Below are positions 1-9,769 of a DNA stretch of 64,000 nt, one piece after another; the first letter of the stretch is position 1, and every line of letters begins with the position of its first letter. The notes below the pieces were generated by a model. The model was not told the origin of the DNA. It did no database searches and was given only the letters and a program-made list of their open reading frames with translations. The stretch is from Alphaproteobacteria bacterium (GTDB lineage Bacteria; Pseudomonadota; Alphaproteobacteria; RF32; CAG-239). The DNA is taken from contig JAWXUC010000003.1 of NCBI GenBank assembly GCA_044432975.1, forward strand, positions 1,491 through 65,490. The letters run 5' to 3'. Made by a program: the position numbers and the translations under genes.

Positions 1-285
1 ACCTACTAAAAGCTGTGTTGCAAAACTAACAAAAAAAGTTAAAGATAGTAGTAATAACATTAACTCTATAAAAACAATTATTGTTACACTAAAACTTAAA
101 AAACCATGATTATTTACGACCATACTTGATAAAAAACAAAGCAATACACCATAAAAACATGACATTAAAGCTTTGTTTACAATACCATCTTTTATCGCAT
201 GTTTTGATGACAAATAAAACATTAAAAAAGTTGCTAATGTAACAAAAAAACTTGTAGGGGTTGCAAATACTAATGCAGAATTCAT
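1..285 (-). CDS. Partial hydrophobic membrane protein (runs off the window edge)
   Basis: ATG at 285 with upstream AAGGAAG; open hydrophobic frame MNSALVFATPTSFFVTLATFLMFY... to position 1; read by eye, not in the ORF track. Confidence 0.55.
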   Translation of the reverse strand, partial: MNSALVFATPTSFFVTLATFLMFYLSSKHAIKDGIVNKALMSCFYGVLLCFLSSMVVNNHGFLSFSVTIIVFIELMLLLLSLTFFVSFATQLLVG

Positions 286-352
286 TTTTTCTCTTCCTTT
301 TTTTAAACTTTACTGTACTATAAATTAAAATTTTTAAAAAGGAAGAAAAAAA

Positions 353-943
353 ATGGCAAAAATTGCATGGAAACCATCTATCATGTTAGCTCCTGTACCT
401 CCTGTATTGGTGTCTTGTGGAGATATGAACAAACCTAATTTATTAACGATTGCTTGGAGCGGTGTTGTCGCATCTGACCCTGCTATGACTTATATATCTG
501 TTAGAAAAGAAAGATATTCTCACTCAATAATATCTGAAACAAAAGAATTTGTGATAAATTTAACAACTCTCAATTTTGTGGATAAAACAGATTTTTGTGG
601 TGTAAAATCTGGCAAAGATGTGGATAAATTTAAAGAAACTGGATTAACCGCAACAAAATCTACAAATGTTAAATGCCCTCAAGTTTTAGAATCGCCTGTA
701 TCAATTGAATGTAAAGTAAAGCAAGTTATTGAATGTGGTTCTCATGATATGTTTTTATCTGAAATTGTTGCAGTCAATGTTGATGATAAATATATTGATG
801 AAAACAATAAATTTTGTATGGAAAAAACAGGTATTGTTGCTTATGCGCACGGGAACTATTATACACTAGGAAGAGAACTTGGAAAATATGGCTTTAGTGT
901 TGAAAAGAAAAAGAAAAAATATGGCAAATTAAAACAAAAATAA
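353..943 (+). CDS. Flavin reductase-like FMN-binding protein
   Basis: PVPPVLVSC, NLLTIAW, ECKV and GSHDMF motifs. Confidence 0.85.
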   Translation: MAKIAWKPSIMLAPVPPVLVSCGDMNKPNLLTIAWSGVVASDPAMTYISVRKERYSHSIISETKEFVINLTTLNFVDKTDFCGVKSGKDVDKFKETGLTATKSTNVKCPQVLESPVSIECKVKQVIECGSHDMFLSEIVAVNVDDKYIDENNKFCMEKTGIVAYAHGNYYTLGRELGKYGFSVEKKKKKYGKLKQK

Positions 944-948
944 AAATC

Positions 949-980
949 AAAAAAAAACTCTCCAAAATGGAGAGTTTTTT
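949..980. terminator. Bidirectional intrinsic terminator
   Basis: A-run CTCTCCA-AAA-TGGAGAG T-run between convergent genes. Confidence 0.8.
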
Positions 981-998
981 TGTCTGATAACTATAAAA

Positions 999-1235
999 TT
1001 ATGCTTCGTCAGTTGAAGCCAAACCCAAATTACCGTATTTGTTTTTGAATTTAGACAATTGACCGCCAGTGTCAAGCATTCTGTAAACACCTGTCCAAAC
1101 TGGGTGAGATTTTGGGTCTACTTCTAGACGCATTTTATCGCCTTCTTTACCCCAAGTTGTTTTAATTTTATGTTCTGATCCATCTGTCATGATGTATGTA
1201 ATTTCATGATAGTCTGGGTGAATATCTTTTTTCAT
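999..1235 (-). CDS. rpmE: 50S ribosomal protein L31 (zinc-free type)
   Basis: [10 protein letters not shown]...[10 protein letters not shown]; start moved to ATG at 1235. Confidence 0.95.
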   Translation of the reverse strand: MKKDIHPDYHEITYIMTDGSEHKIKTTWGKEGDKMRLEVDPKSHPVWTGVYRMLDTGGQLSKFKNKYGNLGLASTDEA

Positions 1236-1303
1236 TTTTTTCTCCAATTTTTCAAAATTTTGCCCTCTTATACACTGGCAATATTTATTTTGCAAGCGTT
1301 TTT

Positions 1304-2581
1304 TTATTTATTTCCGCCAATTTTTGTTTTTCCGTTCATATATCCTTGCAACTTAGCTGGAATCCTAACGCTTCCGTCTGCTTGTTGGTGGTTTTCTAAG
1401 AATGGAACTAAAATTCTTGGAGTCGCAACACCTGTATTATTTAAGGTATGAGCAAAGTTAACTTTACCGTCTGAGTTTTTGCGGTATCTTAAATTTGTTC
1501 TACGAGCTTGCCACTCTGTAATATTAGAGCAAGAGTGAGTTTCTCTATAAACACCTTGAGTTGGAACCCAAACCTCAATATCATATTGACGATATTTTGG
1601 TGCGCCCATATCACCTGTGCAGATATCTAGTACTTGATATGGCATTTCTAAATCGGCAACAACTTCTTCTGATAAGCTTAATAATTTTTGGTGCCATTTT
1701 TCTGATTCTTCTATATCGTTTTTGCAGATTACAAATTGTTCTGTTTTCATAAATTGGTGAACCCTTGTCAAGCCACGAGTATCTTTACCTGCAGCGCCTG
1801 CTTCACGTCTGAAACATGGAGAAAAACCAGCGTATAGAATCGGCAAATCATTTTCTGATAAAATTTCATCTGCATGAAGTGAGTTTAACACCAATTCTGC
1901 AGTACCAGCCAAATATAATTCATCTGAAGGCATATAATAAATTTCATCTTGAGAGAATGGCAAATAACCCATTCCGTATAATGCTTTTTCTTTTGAAATT
2001 GATGGAACGTTAATAACCTTAAAGCCATTGTCTGCCAATTTATCTAACACAAACAAGTGTAAAGCCATTTCTAATCTTGCGAGTTCTCCTGTGATTGCAT
2101 AGGTTCTTGAACCGCAAACTTTTGAAACTCGATCCATTTCTGACCAGCCATTTTTTTCCATTAATTCAACGTGGTCTAATGGTTCAAAATCAAATTTTGT
2201 TGGTTCGCCAATTTTTCTGATTACAACGTTTTCGTCTTCATCTTTACCTGCTGGAGCATCTGCACTTGGCAAGTTTGGCATTCTTAACATTAATAAATCG
2301 AACTCTTTTTGCAAAACGTCTAATTTTTCTTCTTCTGCTTTTAGCAACTCACCAACTTCTTTTGATTTTGCAATCAAAGCTGGACGCTCTTCAGCGCTTG
2401 CGGATTTTATTGAGTTTGATATTGCGTTTTTATTTGTTGCATGCTCTTGTGAAGATGTTTTTAACTTTGTGATTTCTTGATGCTTTGTTATAATTGCATC
2501 TAAGTCCAACTTAACACCTTTTTTAGCTAAGCCTTCTAAAACTTCAGCTTTATTCTCTATTATAAATTTAATATCTAACAT
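1304..2581 (-). CDS. serS: Seryl-tRNA synthetase
   Basis: N-terminal coiled coil, GTAE, CFRREAG, HQFMKTE, HSCSN, HTLNNT. Confidence 0.97.
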   Translation of the reverse strand: MLDIKFIIENKAEVLEGLAKKGVKLDLDAIITKHQEITKLKTSSQEHATNKNAISNSIKSASAEERPALIAKSKEVGELLKAEEEKLDVLQKEFDLLMLRMPNLPSADAPAGKDEDENVVIRKIGEPTKFDFEPLDHVELMEKNGWSEMDRVSKVCGSRTYAITGELARLEMALHLFVLDKLADNGFKVINVPSISKEKALYGMGYLPFSQDEIYYMPSDELYLAGTAELVLNSLHADEILSENDLPILYAGFSPCFRREAGAAGKDTRGLTRVHQFMKTEQFVICKNDIEESEKWHQKLLSLSEEVVADLEMPYQVLDICTGDMGAPKYRQYDIEVWVPTQGVYRETHSCSNITEWQARRTNLRYRKNSDGKVNFAHTLNNTGVATPRILVPFLENHQQADGSVRIPAKLQGYMNGKTKIGGNK

Positions 2582-2655
2582 TTTTTTAAAATCCTTGTTG
2601 CTTTTTTTAACAACTTAATTTAGATTAATTTAAAATTAAAAACAAGGAAAAAGTT

Positions 2656-3657
2656 ATGAATATTGAAAAAAGAGTGTTAACAGGGATTCAGGCTAGTGGA
2701 GATTTGCATATTGGAAACTATCTTGGAGCAATTAAACCAGCTATAGAATTGGGAAAACAAGCGAAAAATCATAATATGTTTATTGCTGATTATCACGCAC
2801 TTAATTCAACAAAAGATAGAGAAAGACTAGGAATGGCTATAAAAAGAATTGCTAGTACATATTTAGCTGCAGGAATTGACCCTTCTCACTCTATTTTATA
2901 TAGACAATCTGATGTGCCAGAAATTTTTGAAATAACAACCATTTTAGCAAACTTCACTCCAAAAGGTTTTATGAACAAAGCTCATTCTTACAAAGCTAGA
3001 GTTGATAAAAATGTTGAAGCAGGGCTTCCTAATGATGATGGCATAAACATGGGATTGTATGTTTACCCTATTTTAATGGCTGCCGATATATTAGCTTTTG
3101 ATGCAACAGATGTTCCTGTTGGAAAAGATCAAATTCAGCACGTTGAAATAGCACGAGACATAGCAGGAGCTTTTAATGCAATTTATGGTGAAAACACTTT
3201 AATTCAACCAGAATGTATTGTTAAAGAAAGTGTTGGGATTATTCCTGGTGTTGATGGTAGAAAAATGAGCAAATCTTATAACAATGTAATCCCTATCTTA
3301 GGCACAGATGCTGAAATTAAAAAAGCGATTTTTTCTATTAAGACAGATAGTCGCCCTATGGAAGAGCCTAAAGATGCTGAAGAACTTTTAATTTATCAAA
3401 TTTTCAAAACTTTTGCCCCTCTTGATAAAGTGCTAGAAATGAAAGAAGGATTGGCTCAAGGCAAGCTTGGTTATGGACATATTAAAAACATGCTTTTAGA
3501 TGCTGTTTTACTAGAACTTAAAGAGGTTAGAGAAAAATCTGAATATTATATGAACAACTATCATGAAGTTGAAGAAATCTTATGCGAAGGTTCATTTAAG
3601 GCTCGTAAAATTGCGGCAAAAACTTTAGATAGATTGAAAAATAGGATTTTTGCTTAA
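2656..3657 (+). CDS. trpS: Tryptophanyl-tRNA synthetase
   Basis: HIGN, VPVGKDQ, KMSKS. Confidence 0.97.
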   Translation: MNIEKRVLTGIQASGDLHIGNYLGAIKPAIELGKQAKNHNMFIADYHALNSTKDRERLGMAIKRIASTYLAAGIDPSHSILYRQSDVPEIFEITTILANFTPKGFMNKAHSYKARVDKNVEAGLPNDDGINMGLYVYPILMAADILAFDATDVPVGKDQIQHVEIARDIAGAFNAIYGENTLIQPECIVKESVGIIPGVDGRKMSKSYNNVIPILGTDAEIKKAIFSIKTDSRPMEEPKDAEELLIYQIFKTFAPLDKVLEMKEGLAQGKLGYGHIKNMLLDAVLLELKEVREKSEYYMNNYHEVEEILCEGSFKARKIAAKTLDRLKNRIFA

Positions 3658-3660
3658 ATA

Positions 3661-4251
3661 ATGACTAAAATTAACTTCATCACATCTAACAAAGGTAAAA
3701 TAAAGGCTTTAGAAACATCTTTTGCTTTATTTGGAGTAAACGCAGATGTTGTTGCGCAGAATTTAGATATTGTTGAACCTCAGCTTGATAATGTTGCGGA
3801 TGTTTCAAGACATAAGGCTTTAGAAGCTTTTAAGATTTTAGGCGAGCCTGTTTTAGTTGAAGATGGTGGAATGTGCGTTGAAGCTCTTAACGGATTCCCT
3901 GGAGTTTATACAAAGTATGCTCAAACAACTATCGGTGCAGAAGGCATTGTTAAGCTTATGGTTGGCAAAGAAAATAGAAATGCAAAATTTGTTAGTGTTG
4001 CGACATATATAAATGATAAAGGTGAGATTTTTCAATTTGAACGTGAAGGTGGAGAATGGCTGGTGCCTGAAAAAGTTGTTGATGTAACCTCCCCTTTTGC
4101 TTGGTCTGAGTTTTGGAAAATCATCTATTTTAAAGAATACAACAAAACATTAGCTGAATTTTCTAAAGAAGAACTTGACGTCTATTTTAATGAAAGTGGC
4201 AAAAACGGAAGTATTCAAAAATTTGCAAAGTGGTGTATTGCTAATATATAA
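3661..4251 (+). CDS. Ham1/ITPase-family NTP pyrophosphatase (divergent C-terminus)
   Basis: FITSNKGK, VEDGG, ALNGFPGVYTK. Confidence 0.8.
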   Translation: MTKINFITSNKGKIKALETSFALFGVNADVVAQNLDIVEPQLDNVADVSRHKALEAFKILGEPVLVEDGGMCVEALNGFPGVYTKYAQTTIGAEGIVKLMVGKENRNAKFVSVATYINDKGEIFQFEREGGEWLVPEKVVDVTSPFAWSEFWKIIYFKEYNKTLAEFSKEELDVYFNESGKNGSIQKFAKWCIANI

Positions 4252-4311
4252 ATTTTCTTGATTGTTATCTAATTTTATGATATAATTTGTTTAATAACAG
4301 GGAGAAAAGTT

Positions 4312-5181
4312 ATGTCTATAAAAGAAAAACTTAATAAAGCTAAGAAAAAAGCAAAAAGAAAAATTGGAAACATTGCAATTAAAGCAGCCATTTTAACTTC
4401 TGTTTTTACTGGTGTTGGCGTGGCGAATGCAAGTGCGCAAGAAAAATCGCCTGGCGAAACACTTAAAGATTATAAAGAGTTTGTAAAAACAACCGATGAT
4501 GATAATATTAGAAAAACAGCAACATCTAGTCCTGAAAACTTTTTAGAAGGACTTGAAATGTTTGATGAATATATGACTTTTGGTGAAATTAAAAGCGGTA
4601 GCAGAGTTGATGAATTTATAGCCACCCTTCAATCTTTTAAGGAAGAAAATCCAGAATTTTATAATAATGTTACAGAAAGTATGGATAACTTATCTATTGC
4701 TTTTTTAAGCTATCTTGATATGGATAATCAAAAAGATGCAAATACTCAAGGTTATGACATGGGTAATTATGATATGAGTTTTACTATTAACAAAAATGGT
4801 GATATTTCTCATCTTCAATCTAAAAGTGATAATCCAACAAATGAAGCTCATTTAAAACTAATTAATGAAGCTATGTCTAGAGAAAAAGGTCTTGGAGTTG
4901 ATAGGAAGGGATGGCACTTAGATGCGTCAAGCCTTGTAACAGAAATGAAAGTAAAACAAATCATTGAAAAAAAACAAGCAAATGGCGAAATTGTTACCAA
5001 TGGAGATGCTTTCTTAAAGAAATTAGATAAAAAAATAAGCTCTAATGGATTGCAGATTAATGATAATGGTCGATTAGAACCTACAAAAGAAAACTTAAAG
5101 AAACCTCTAAAAACAGAAAATGATTTATTTCAGGAATATAAGGTTAAAGTTGCTAAAGAAAGAGCTGCTTTTATGAAATAA
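4312..5181 (+). CDS. Hypothetical exported protein
   Basis: 289-aa ORF, RBS GGAG, basic-hydrophobic N-terminus ending ASA-Q. Confidence 0.7.
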   Translation: MSIKEKLNKAKKKAKRKIGNIAIKAAILTSVFTGVGVANASAQEKSPGETLKDYKEFVKTTDDDNIRKTATSSPENFLEGLEMFDEYMTFGEIKSGSRVDEFIATLQSFKEENPEFYNNVTESMDNLSIAFLSYLDMDNQKDANTQGYDMGNYDMSFTINKNGDISHLQSKSDNPTNEAHLKLINEAMSREKGLGVDRKGWHLDASSLVTEMKVKQIIEKKQANGEIVTNGDAFLKKLDKKISSNGLQINDNGRLEPTKENLKKPLKTENDLFQEYKVKVAKERAAFMK

Positions 5182-5198
5182 AACATATTATAAACTAG

Positions 5199-5225
5199 AG
5201 CCCGTTTTATAACGGGCTTTTTTTT
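5199..5225 (+). terminator. Intrinsic terminator
   Basis: AGCCCGTT-TTAT-AACGGGCT followed by T-run. Confidence 0.75.
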
Positions 5226-5305
5226 GACAAATTTATTGACACAATGGTTGTTTTGTGATATTATTTATTTCAAATAACTATAAAATATAAATTAAAAACA
5301 CGATT

Positions 5306-5965
5306 ATGAAGAAGACTATCTTTGCCTTTATGGCATTATTGCTAATGACTACGGTTTCATTTGCTCAGAGTACTAACAAAGAAATTTTAAAAGATTATCA
5401 AGATTTTATCGCTTCGGCAGATCAGAATTCTTATTTTGTAAAAACACTAAGAACTGATCCTAAAGCGTATTTATTAGGCTTAGAATTGTTTGCCAGCAAT
5501 GGTAAAACTAAGGAGAGCCAAGTAGATGATTTTTTTAGTTTCTTAAAGTTTATGAGGCAAAGCGATTACAAAGCCTATCAGGTTATGACAAGCAATGTTG
5601 ACAAATACGCTCTAACGTTTTTGCAATTTTCACAAGATGTTAAGGAAGAAACACAAACCCCTTCTAGTAGAAACGCAAAGCTTAAAGGAATTAATGTTCA
5701 GTACACAATCCATAATGGTAAGACTGTAATGAACGGAACAGTTTCAACTGCTGAGTATGACAGAAACAGACTTGTAAATGCGATGCGTTTAGAATTATCA
5801 TCGGTAAGAGTTAGAACTCTAATTATGAACGATGTTATTTCTCAAGACTTGGAGCGAAAATCTAGCCTGTCTTTAGCAGAACAACGTTTTATTGAAGATC
5901 ACTTAAAAACACTTAAGAAGTATAACCTAATGAGAGATCGTTACGGAGTGCTTATTAAGAAATAA
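5306..5965 (+). CDS. Hypothetical secreted protein, distant paralog of 4312..5181
   Basis: Signal peptide ending SFA-Q; LKDYxxF...GLExF motif shared with upstream gene. Confidence 0.7.
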   Translation: MKKTIFAFMALLLMTTVSFAQSTNKEILKDYQDFIASADQNSYFVKTLRTDPKAYLLGLELFASNGKTKESQVDDFFSFLKFMRQSDYKAYQVMTSNVDKYALTFLQFSQDVKEETQTPSSRNAKLKGINVQYTIHNGKTVMNGTVSTAEYDRNRLVNAMRLELSSVRVRTLIMNDVISQDLERKSSLSLAEQRFIEDHLKTLKKYNLMRDRYGVLIKK

Positions 5966-6032
5966 GTATTTATTCAACAAAATGTAGAAAAGAAGAAAAC
6001 TCTTATTATATATCCTATTAAAGGAGAATATA

Positions 6033-7232
6033 ATGAGAGTTTTTTTGTGTCTGTTTTATATATTAACACTAGCTTCTTGCGCTAGTATTGAAAAAGATTT
6101 AACTAATGATTTGATTGATAAATCATCAAAAAAATTACAACGCTGTCAGGTTGATGGCTTTGAATATAATGGAATTAATCAACACTTAATGCAAGAAAAA
6201 CCTTTAAAAATTTTGATGGTGCATGGGGTTGGGACTCATTATCCTGGATATTCTGACTTTATACAAGAGAAACTTGCTAACAACATCGGATTTAACAAGC
6301 GTTCTAGGCTTTCTAAAAACATATCTTTAGTTGACCCTCAATTTCCTCAAAAAGATTTGGGAAACTTGAGAGTTACACATTGGCAAGATACCACAAACAA
6401 TAAAGAAATGTTTTTTTATGAGTTGGCTTGGTCTGAAATAACTATTCCATATAAAAATAAACTCCGATTTGATATTGATGAACAATCTTCTGAATTTAGG
6501 GTTCCTTTTAACAACACTATGAAGAAGTTTTTGGATAATGTGCTGCCTGATCCTATGATTTATTTAGTTGACCCTTACAACTTAATCATCAATTCAAACA
6601 AGCAGGCTGTTTGCTGGATGCTAAAAGATGATTGGAACACCCTACCCTATAAAGCAAAAGAAGTTTGCAACTTATCTGCAGAATTAACATCTCAAAAAAT
6701 GGTTGAAGAAAATGTTATGTTTATTACTCATTCTTTGGGTAGTGAAATTGTAATTGATGCAATAACAAGTATTGCAGAAGATATGGGCAATGTTAAACAA
6801 CTACAAGAAAAAGAATTGACTATATTTATGCTTGCAAACCAATTGCCAATGCTTTTAATTGCAAAACCTGAGCCTAAAGTTCATTCTCAAAAAGAGGAGT
6901 ACTGCGACATTAATGGTTCTAAATACAATCAAAGAATTTTTAAGAACATAAATGTTGTTGCTTTTTCTGATCCGAATGATTTGTTAAGTTATAATATCCC
7001 CCAAAGTTTTGCTGACGAATATATTGATAGCAGGCTATGTGCTGATGTTACAAATGTGTCTGTTAATGTTGCTCCTGAAATAGATGCCTTTGGGGTTGAA
7101 ATTGTTGACCCTGTTTTGGCGCACACATATTATGACAGAAGCAACAAAGTTATTAATCTTATTACAAATGGTACAAATAATTTTAACAATGACAAATATC
7201 TAAAAGATAAGTGTAAGTTTATTAAATTATAA
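6033..7232 (+). CDS. Lipoprotein with alpha/beta-hydrolase-like motifs
   Basis: Lipobox LASC; MVHGVG, THSLGS, DPND, AHTYY. Confidence 0.6.
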   Translation: MRVFLCLFYILTLASCASIEKDLTNDLIDKSSKKLQRCQVDGFEYNGINQHLMQEKPLKILMVHGVGTHYPGYSDFIQEKLANNIGFNKRSRLSKNISLVDPQFPQKDLGNLRVTHWQDTTNNKEMFFYELAWSEITIPYKNKLRFDIDEQSSEFRVPFNNTMKKFLDNVLPDPMIYLVDPYNLIINSNKQAVCWMLKDDWNTLPYKAKEVCNLSAELTSQKMVEENVMFITHSLGSEIVIDAITSIAEDMGNVKQLQEKELTIFMLANQLPMLLIAKPEPKVHSQKEEYCDINGSKYNQRIFKNINVVAFSDPNDLLSYNIPQSFADEYIDSRLCADVTNVSVNVAPEIDAFGVEIVDPVLAHTYYDRSNKVINLITNGTNNFNNDKYLKDKCKFIKL

Positions 7233-7242
7233 TCATAAATAT

Positions 7243-7271
7243 TTGACAAAATGTGTTTTTTTTGATATAAT
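7243..7271 (+). promoter_or_regulatory. Consensus sigma70 promoter
   Basis: TTGACA-17 nt-TATAAT, 27 nt before the ATG at 7299. Confidence 0.75.
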
Positions 7272-7298
7272 TAACAATAAATAACAAAGGGAATAACC

Positions 7299-8138
7299 AT
7301 GACTATGCAGACTACAAAACCTAATCCTAAAGACAATGGTGCCGTTATTATTGACATTGATGGCGTTGTTAATAAAATGTCTAACAGACGGTTTTATGCT
7401 CAATTTATTATCAATACATGTATTGCCTTAAGGCATGTTACACCAAATCGTAAAAGCATTATTGAAAGTATTAAATTGTTTAAAAAAGAAGGCTCAAATG
7501 GTTTGTTTTGTTATATAAGAAAAATGAGCAAAGATGATAAAGCTTATAAAAAGATTTGTGATGAAATTACAGGAAGCCTAAACTATAAGCGTTTGCCTAA
7601 AGAAGAAAAATTAGGAGAATATCTAAGAGAGTTAGCTAAACGCAAAAGAATTATTGTAAGAACAGATGGACTGTCTTCTGTAGGTAAAAAGGTTTGGGAG
7701 CAAGTTGTTGGTGATAGCTATCCTCAAGAAAAAGTTGCTTTCTTTGGAATAAATGAAACTAATTTTGCACTAAAGACATCTGAAAATGGGTGGGACTTTG
7801 CAGCCGAAAATGGCATTAATCTTTCTTCTTCTTATCTCCTTGATGATAGAGCAAAAAACAGAGTTCATGCTGAAAGATTTGGTATAAAGACACTTGCTGT
7901 TTCTGAAGAAAAACCTCTTTCTTATTTCTTAAGAGGAATGAGTGAGGCTGCAAAAAAAGAAACAAATATTGAATATTTTACAGACCTTATGACTGTTTCT
8001 GAAGAAAAAGATTCAACAAAAGACAGGATTGCGCAAATAAAAACTCATGATTTATTTGTGTCATCAAAAAAGAAAGTAAAAAAATTAATTAGGTCATCTA
8101 ATAAAGGACTAGATATCCAATTGCAAAGACAATTCTAA
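7299..8138 (+). CDS. HAD-superfamily-like protein
   Basis: IIDIDGV motif I, LLDD motif IV. Confidence 0.6.
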   Translation: MTMQTTKPNPKDNGAVIIDIDGVVNKMSNRRFYAQFIINTCIALRHVTPNRKSIIESIKLFKKEGSNGLFCYIRKMSKDDKAYKKICDEITGSLNYKRLPKEEKLGEYLRELAKRKRIIVRTDGLSSVGKKVWEQVVGDSYPQEKVAFFGINETNFALKTSENGWDFAAENGINLSSSYLLDDRAKNRVHAERFGIKTLAVSEEKPLSYFLRGMSEAAKKETNIEYFTDLMTVSEEKDSTKDRIAQIKTHDLFVSSKKKVKKLIRSSNKGLDIQLQRQF

Positions 8139-9769
8139 TTATATAATTTTGGCAAGATGTTTTCTTCTGTCTTATTTGATTTTTTATCAGCTATTTTTTT
8201 GAAAGATATCAAAAAGTCTTTTAATTTAAAATTACTGTGCTTTCCATAAAGGCTTTGATATAAATTATCTATTTGGTTTTGAAAATCTTTATCTGCAACT
8301 TTTTTTGCAACATCTTTTATATTGAAAACACTGTCAAATTTGCTTTGTCCCCAGCTTAATAAATTGGTTTCTAACTCTTTGCTGTTTTTTGAAATTAAGA
8401 CTTGTCTTTTTAGGCTTATTCTTTTAGGTCTGGCAAAAAACAAACCAATAACAACCCCAACCCCTAATGCTGAAGCTATTAGTAAATAAAAATGATTATT
8501 GTTATCTTTTGACTGTTGGTTAGAAGGTAAGCTTGGTTCTACAGTTTTTTCTGTACTTTTATCAACTTCTTTTGCAATTTTTTCTTTTGCCTGAGCAACA
8601 ACGTTACCACCCATTATATATACTTTTTCTGCTGGTAATGTTACTGTTTTAATTTGATGGTTATTGACATCAAACCAATCTAGTGAGATTGCGGGCAATT
8701 CTACTTCTCCGCCTATTTGAGGAATGTAGGTGTGTTCAAATGTTTTTTTAGATACTACAAAACCATCAATAACATCATTTGTTGAAACAGGTTTGTTAGG
8801 ATATTGTTTTAAGTCTTCTGATTTTGCAAAATTTAATTCTGGCAACTGAGTATCTAAAACACCTGTTGCGGTTAAGATTATTTGTCTTTTTATAGGTTGA
8901 CCAACTTCATATTTTGAAGTTAAGAATTTATCTGTTAAGCTAACATCACTGGCTGGCAACCACCACCCTGATTGCCAACTTGTTGGAGCTGGTTTTATAT
9001 TAACAACTTCTTCGTTAACTCTTAAAGCTATTGGCTTTTTTTGAGTTGCAAAGTCAAATCCCATATTGGCAAAAATTGTGCCACCAAAAGGATCTCTAAA
9101 GTTTAATTTTTCAACTTGATAGCCGTGCATTTCAAAAGCAGGAATTTTTAACTTTCCGCTTGATTGGGGAAATAAAGCATAATGAAAAGTTATCTTTCTA
9201 AGTTTTTTGCCGTTTTCCATAAAGCTTTCAATATCATAATCACCCAAACTTTTTACAATAAAGTCTTGAGTATCTGAAAAGCGAGGTTCTGAAAGCTCTA
9301 GCCCACCGTCATCTATTAACTCAAGAGAATAATTTAATTGCTCTTGCACATAGGCTGAAGTTTTTTCTAAAATACCACTTAATTTTGCAATTTGTTTTTC
9401 TACAGATTTTATTTCAGAACTAGGAACAACATCTATGGTCAAAGAATTTGTTTTAATATTACCTATAGATATTGGATTAATAACAAAGCTTCCTTCTGTT
9501 TGAGGCATTAAAGTTAAGTTATATTCAATGCTTTGTTTCATAAAGCCATTAACAATTTGAGTGTTAAAAGAGTTGCCAATAGATAAAATTTGAAAATTTT
9601 CTTTTAAAGGATAAAAGTCTGGATCTTCTCCTGTTTGTTTATCTATACTTAAGGTTAAACGAAAGCTTTGACCATAAGCAACAGGATTTTCATCTACACT
9701 TATAGTTGCTGTTTGTGCGTGTGCATTAAAACTCATTAAAAATAAGAATAAATATAAATATTTTTTCAT
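8135..9769 (-). CDS. batD: BatD-family protein
   Basis: Signal peptide, repeated beta-sandwich blocks, WWLPA, C-terminal TM; operon position. Confidence 0.8.
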   Translation of the reverse strand: MKKYLYLFLFLMSFNAHAQTATISVDENPVAYGQSFRLTLSIDKQTGEDPDFYPLKENFQILSIGNSFNTQIVNGFMKQSIEYNLTLMPQTEGSFVINPISIGNIKTNSLTIDVVPSSEIKSVEKQIAKLSGILEKTSAYVQEQLNYSLELIDDGGLELSEPRFSDTQDFIVKSLGDYDIESFMENGKKLRKITFHYALFPQSSGKLKIPAFEMHGYQVEKLNFRDPFGGTIFANMGFDFATQKKPIALRVNEEVVNIKPAPTSWQSGWWLPASDVSLTDKFLTSKYEVGQPIKRQIILTATGVLDTQLPELNFAKSEDLKQYPNKPVSTNDVIDGFVVSKKTFEHTYIPQIGGEVELPAISLDWFDVNNHQIKTVTLPAEKVYIMGGNVVAQAKEKIAKEVDKSTEKTVEPSLPSNQQSKDNNNHFYLLIASALGVGVVIGLFFARPKRISLKRQVLISKNSKELETNLLSWGQSKFDSVFNIKDVAKKVADKDFQNQIDNLYQSLYGKHSNFKLKDFLISFKKIADKKSNKTEENILPKLYN

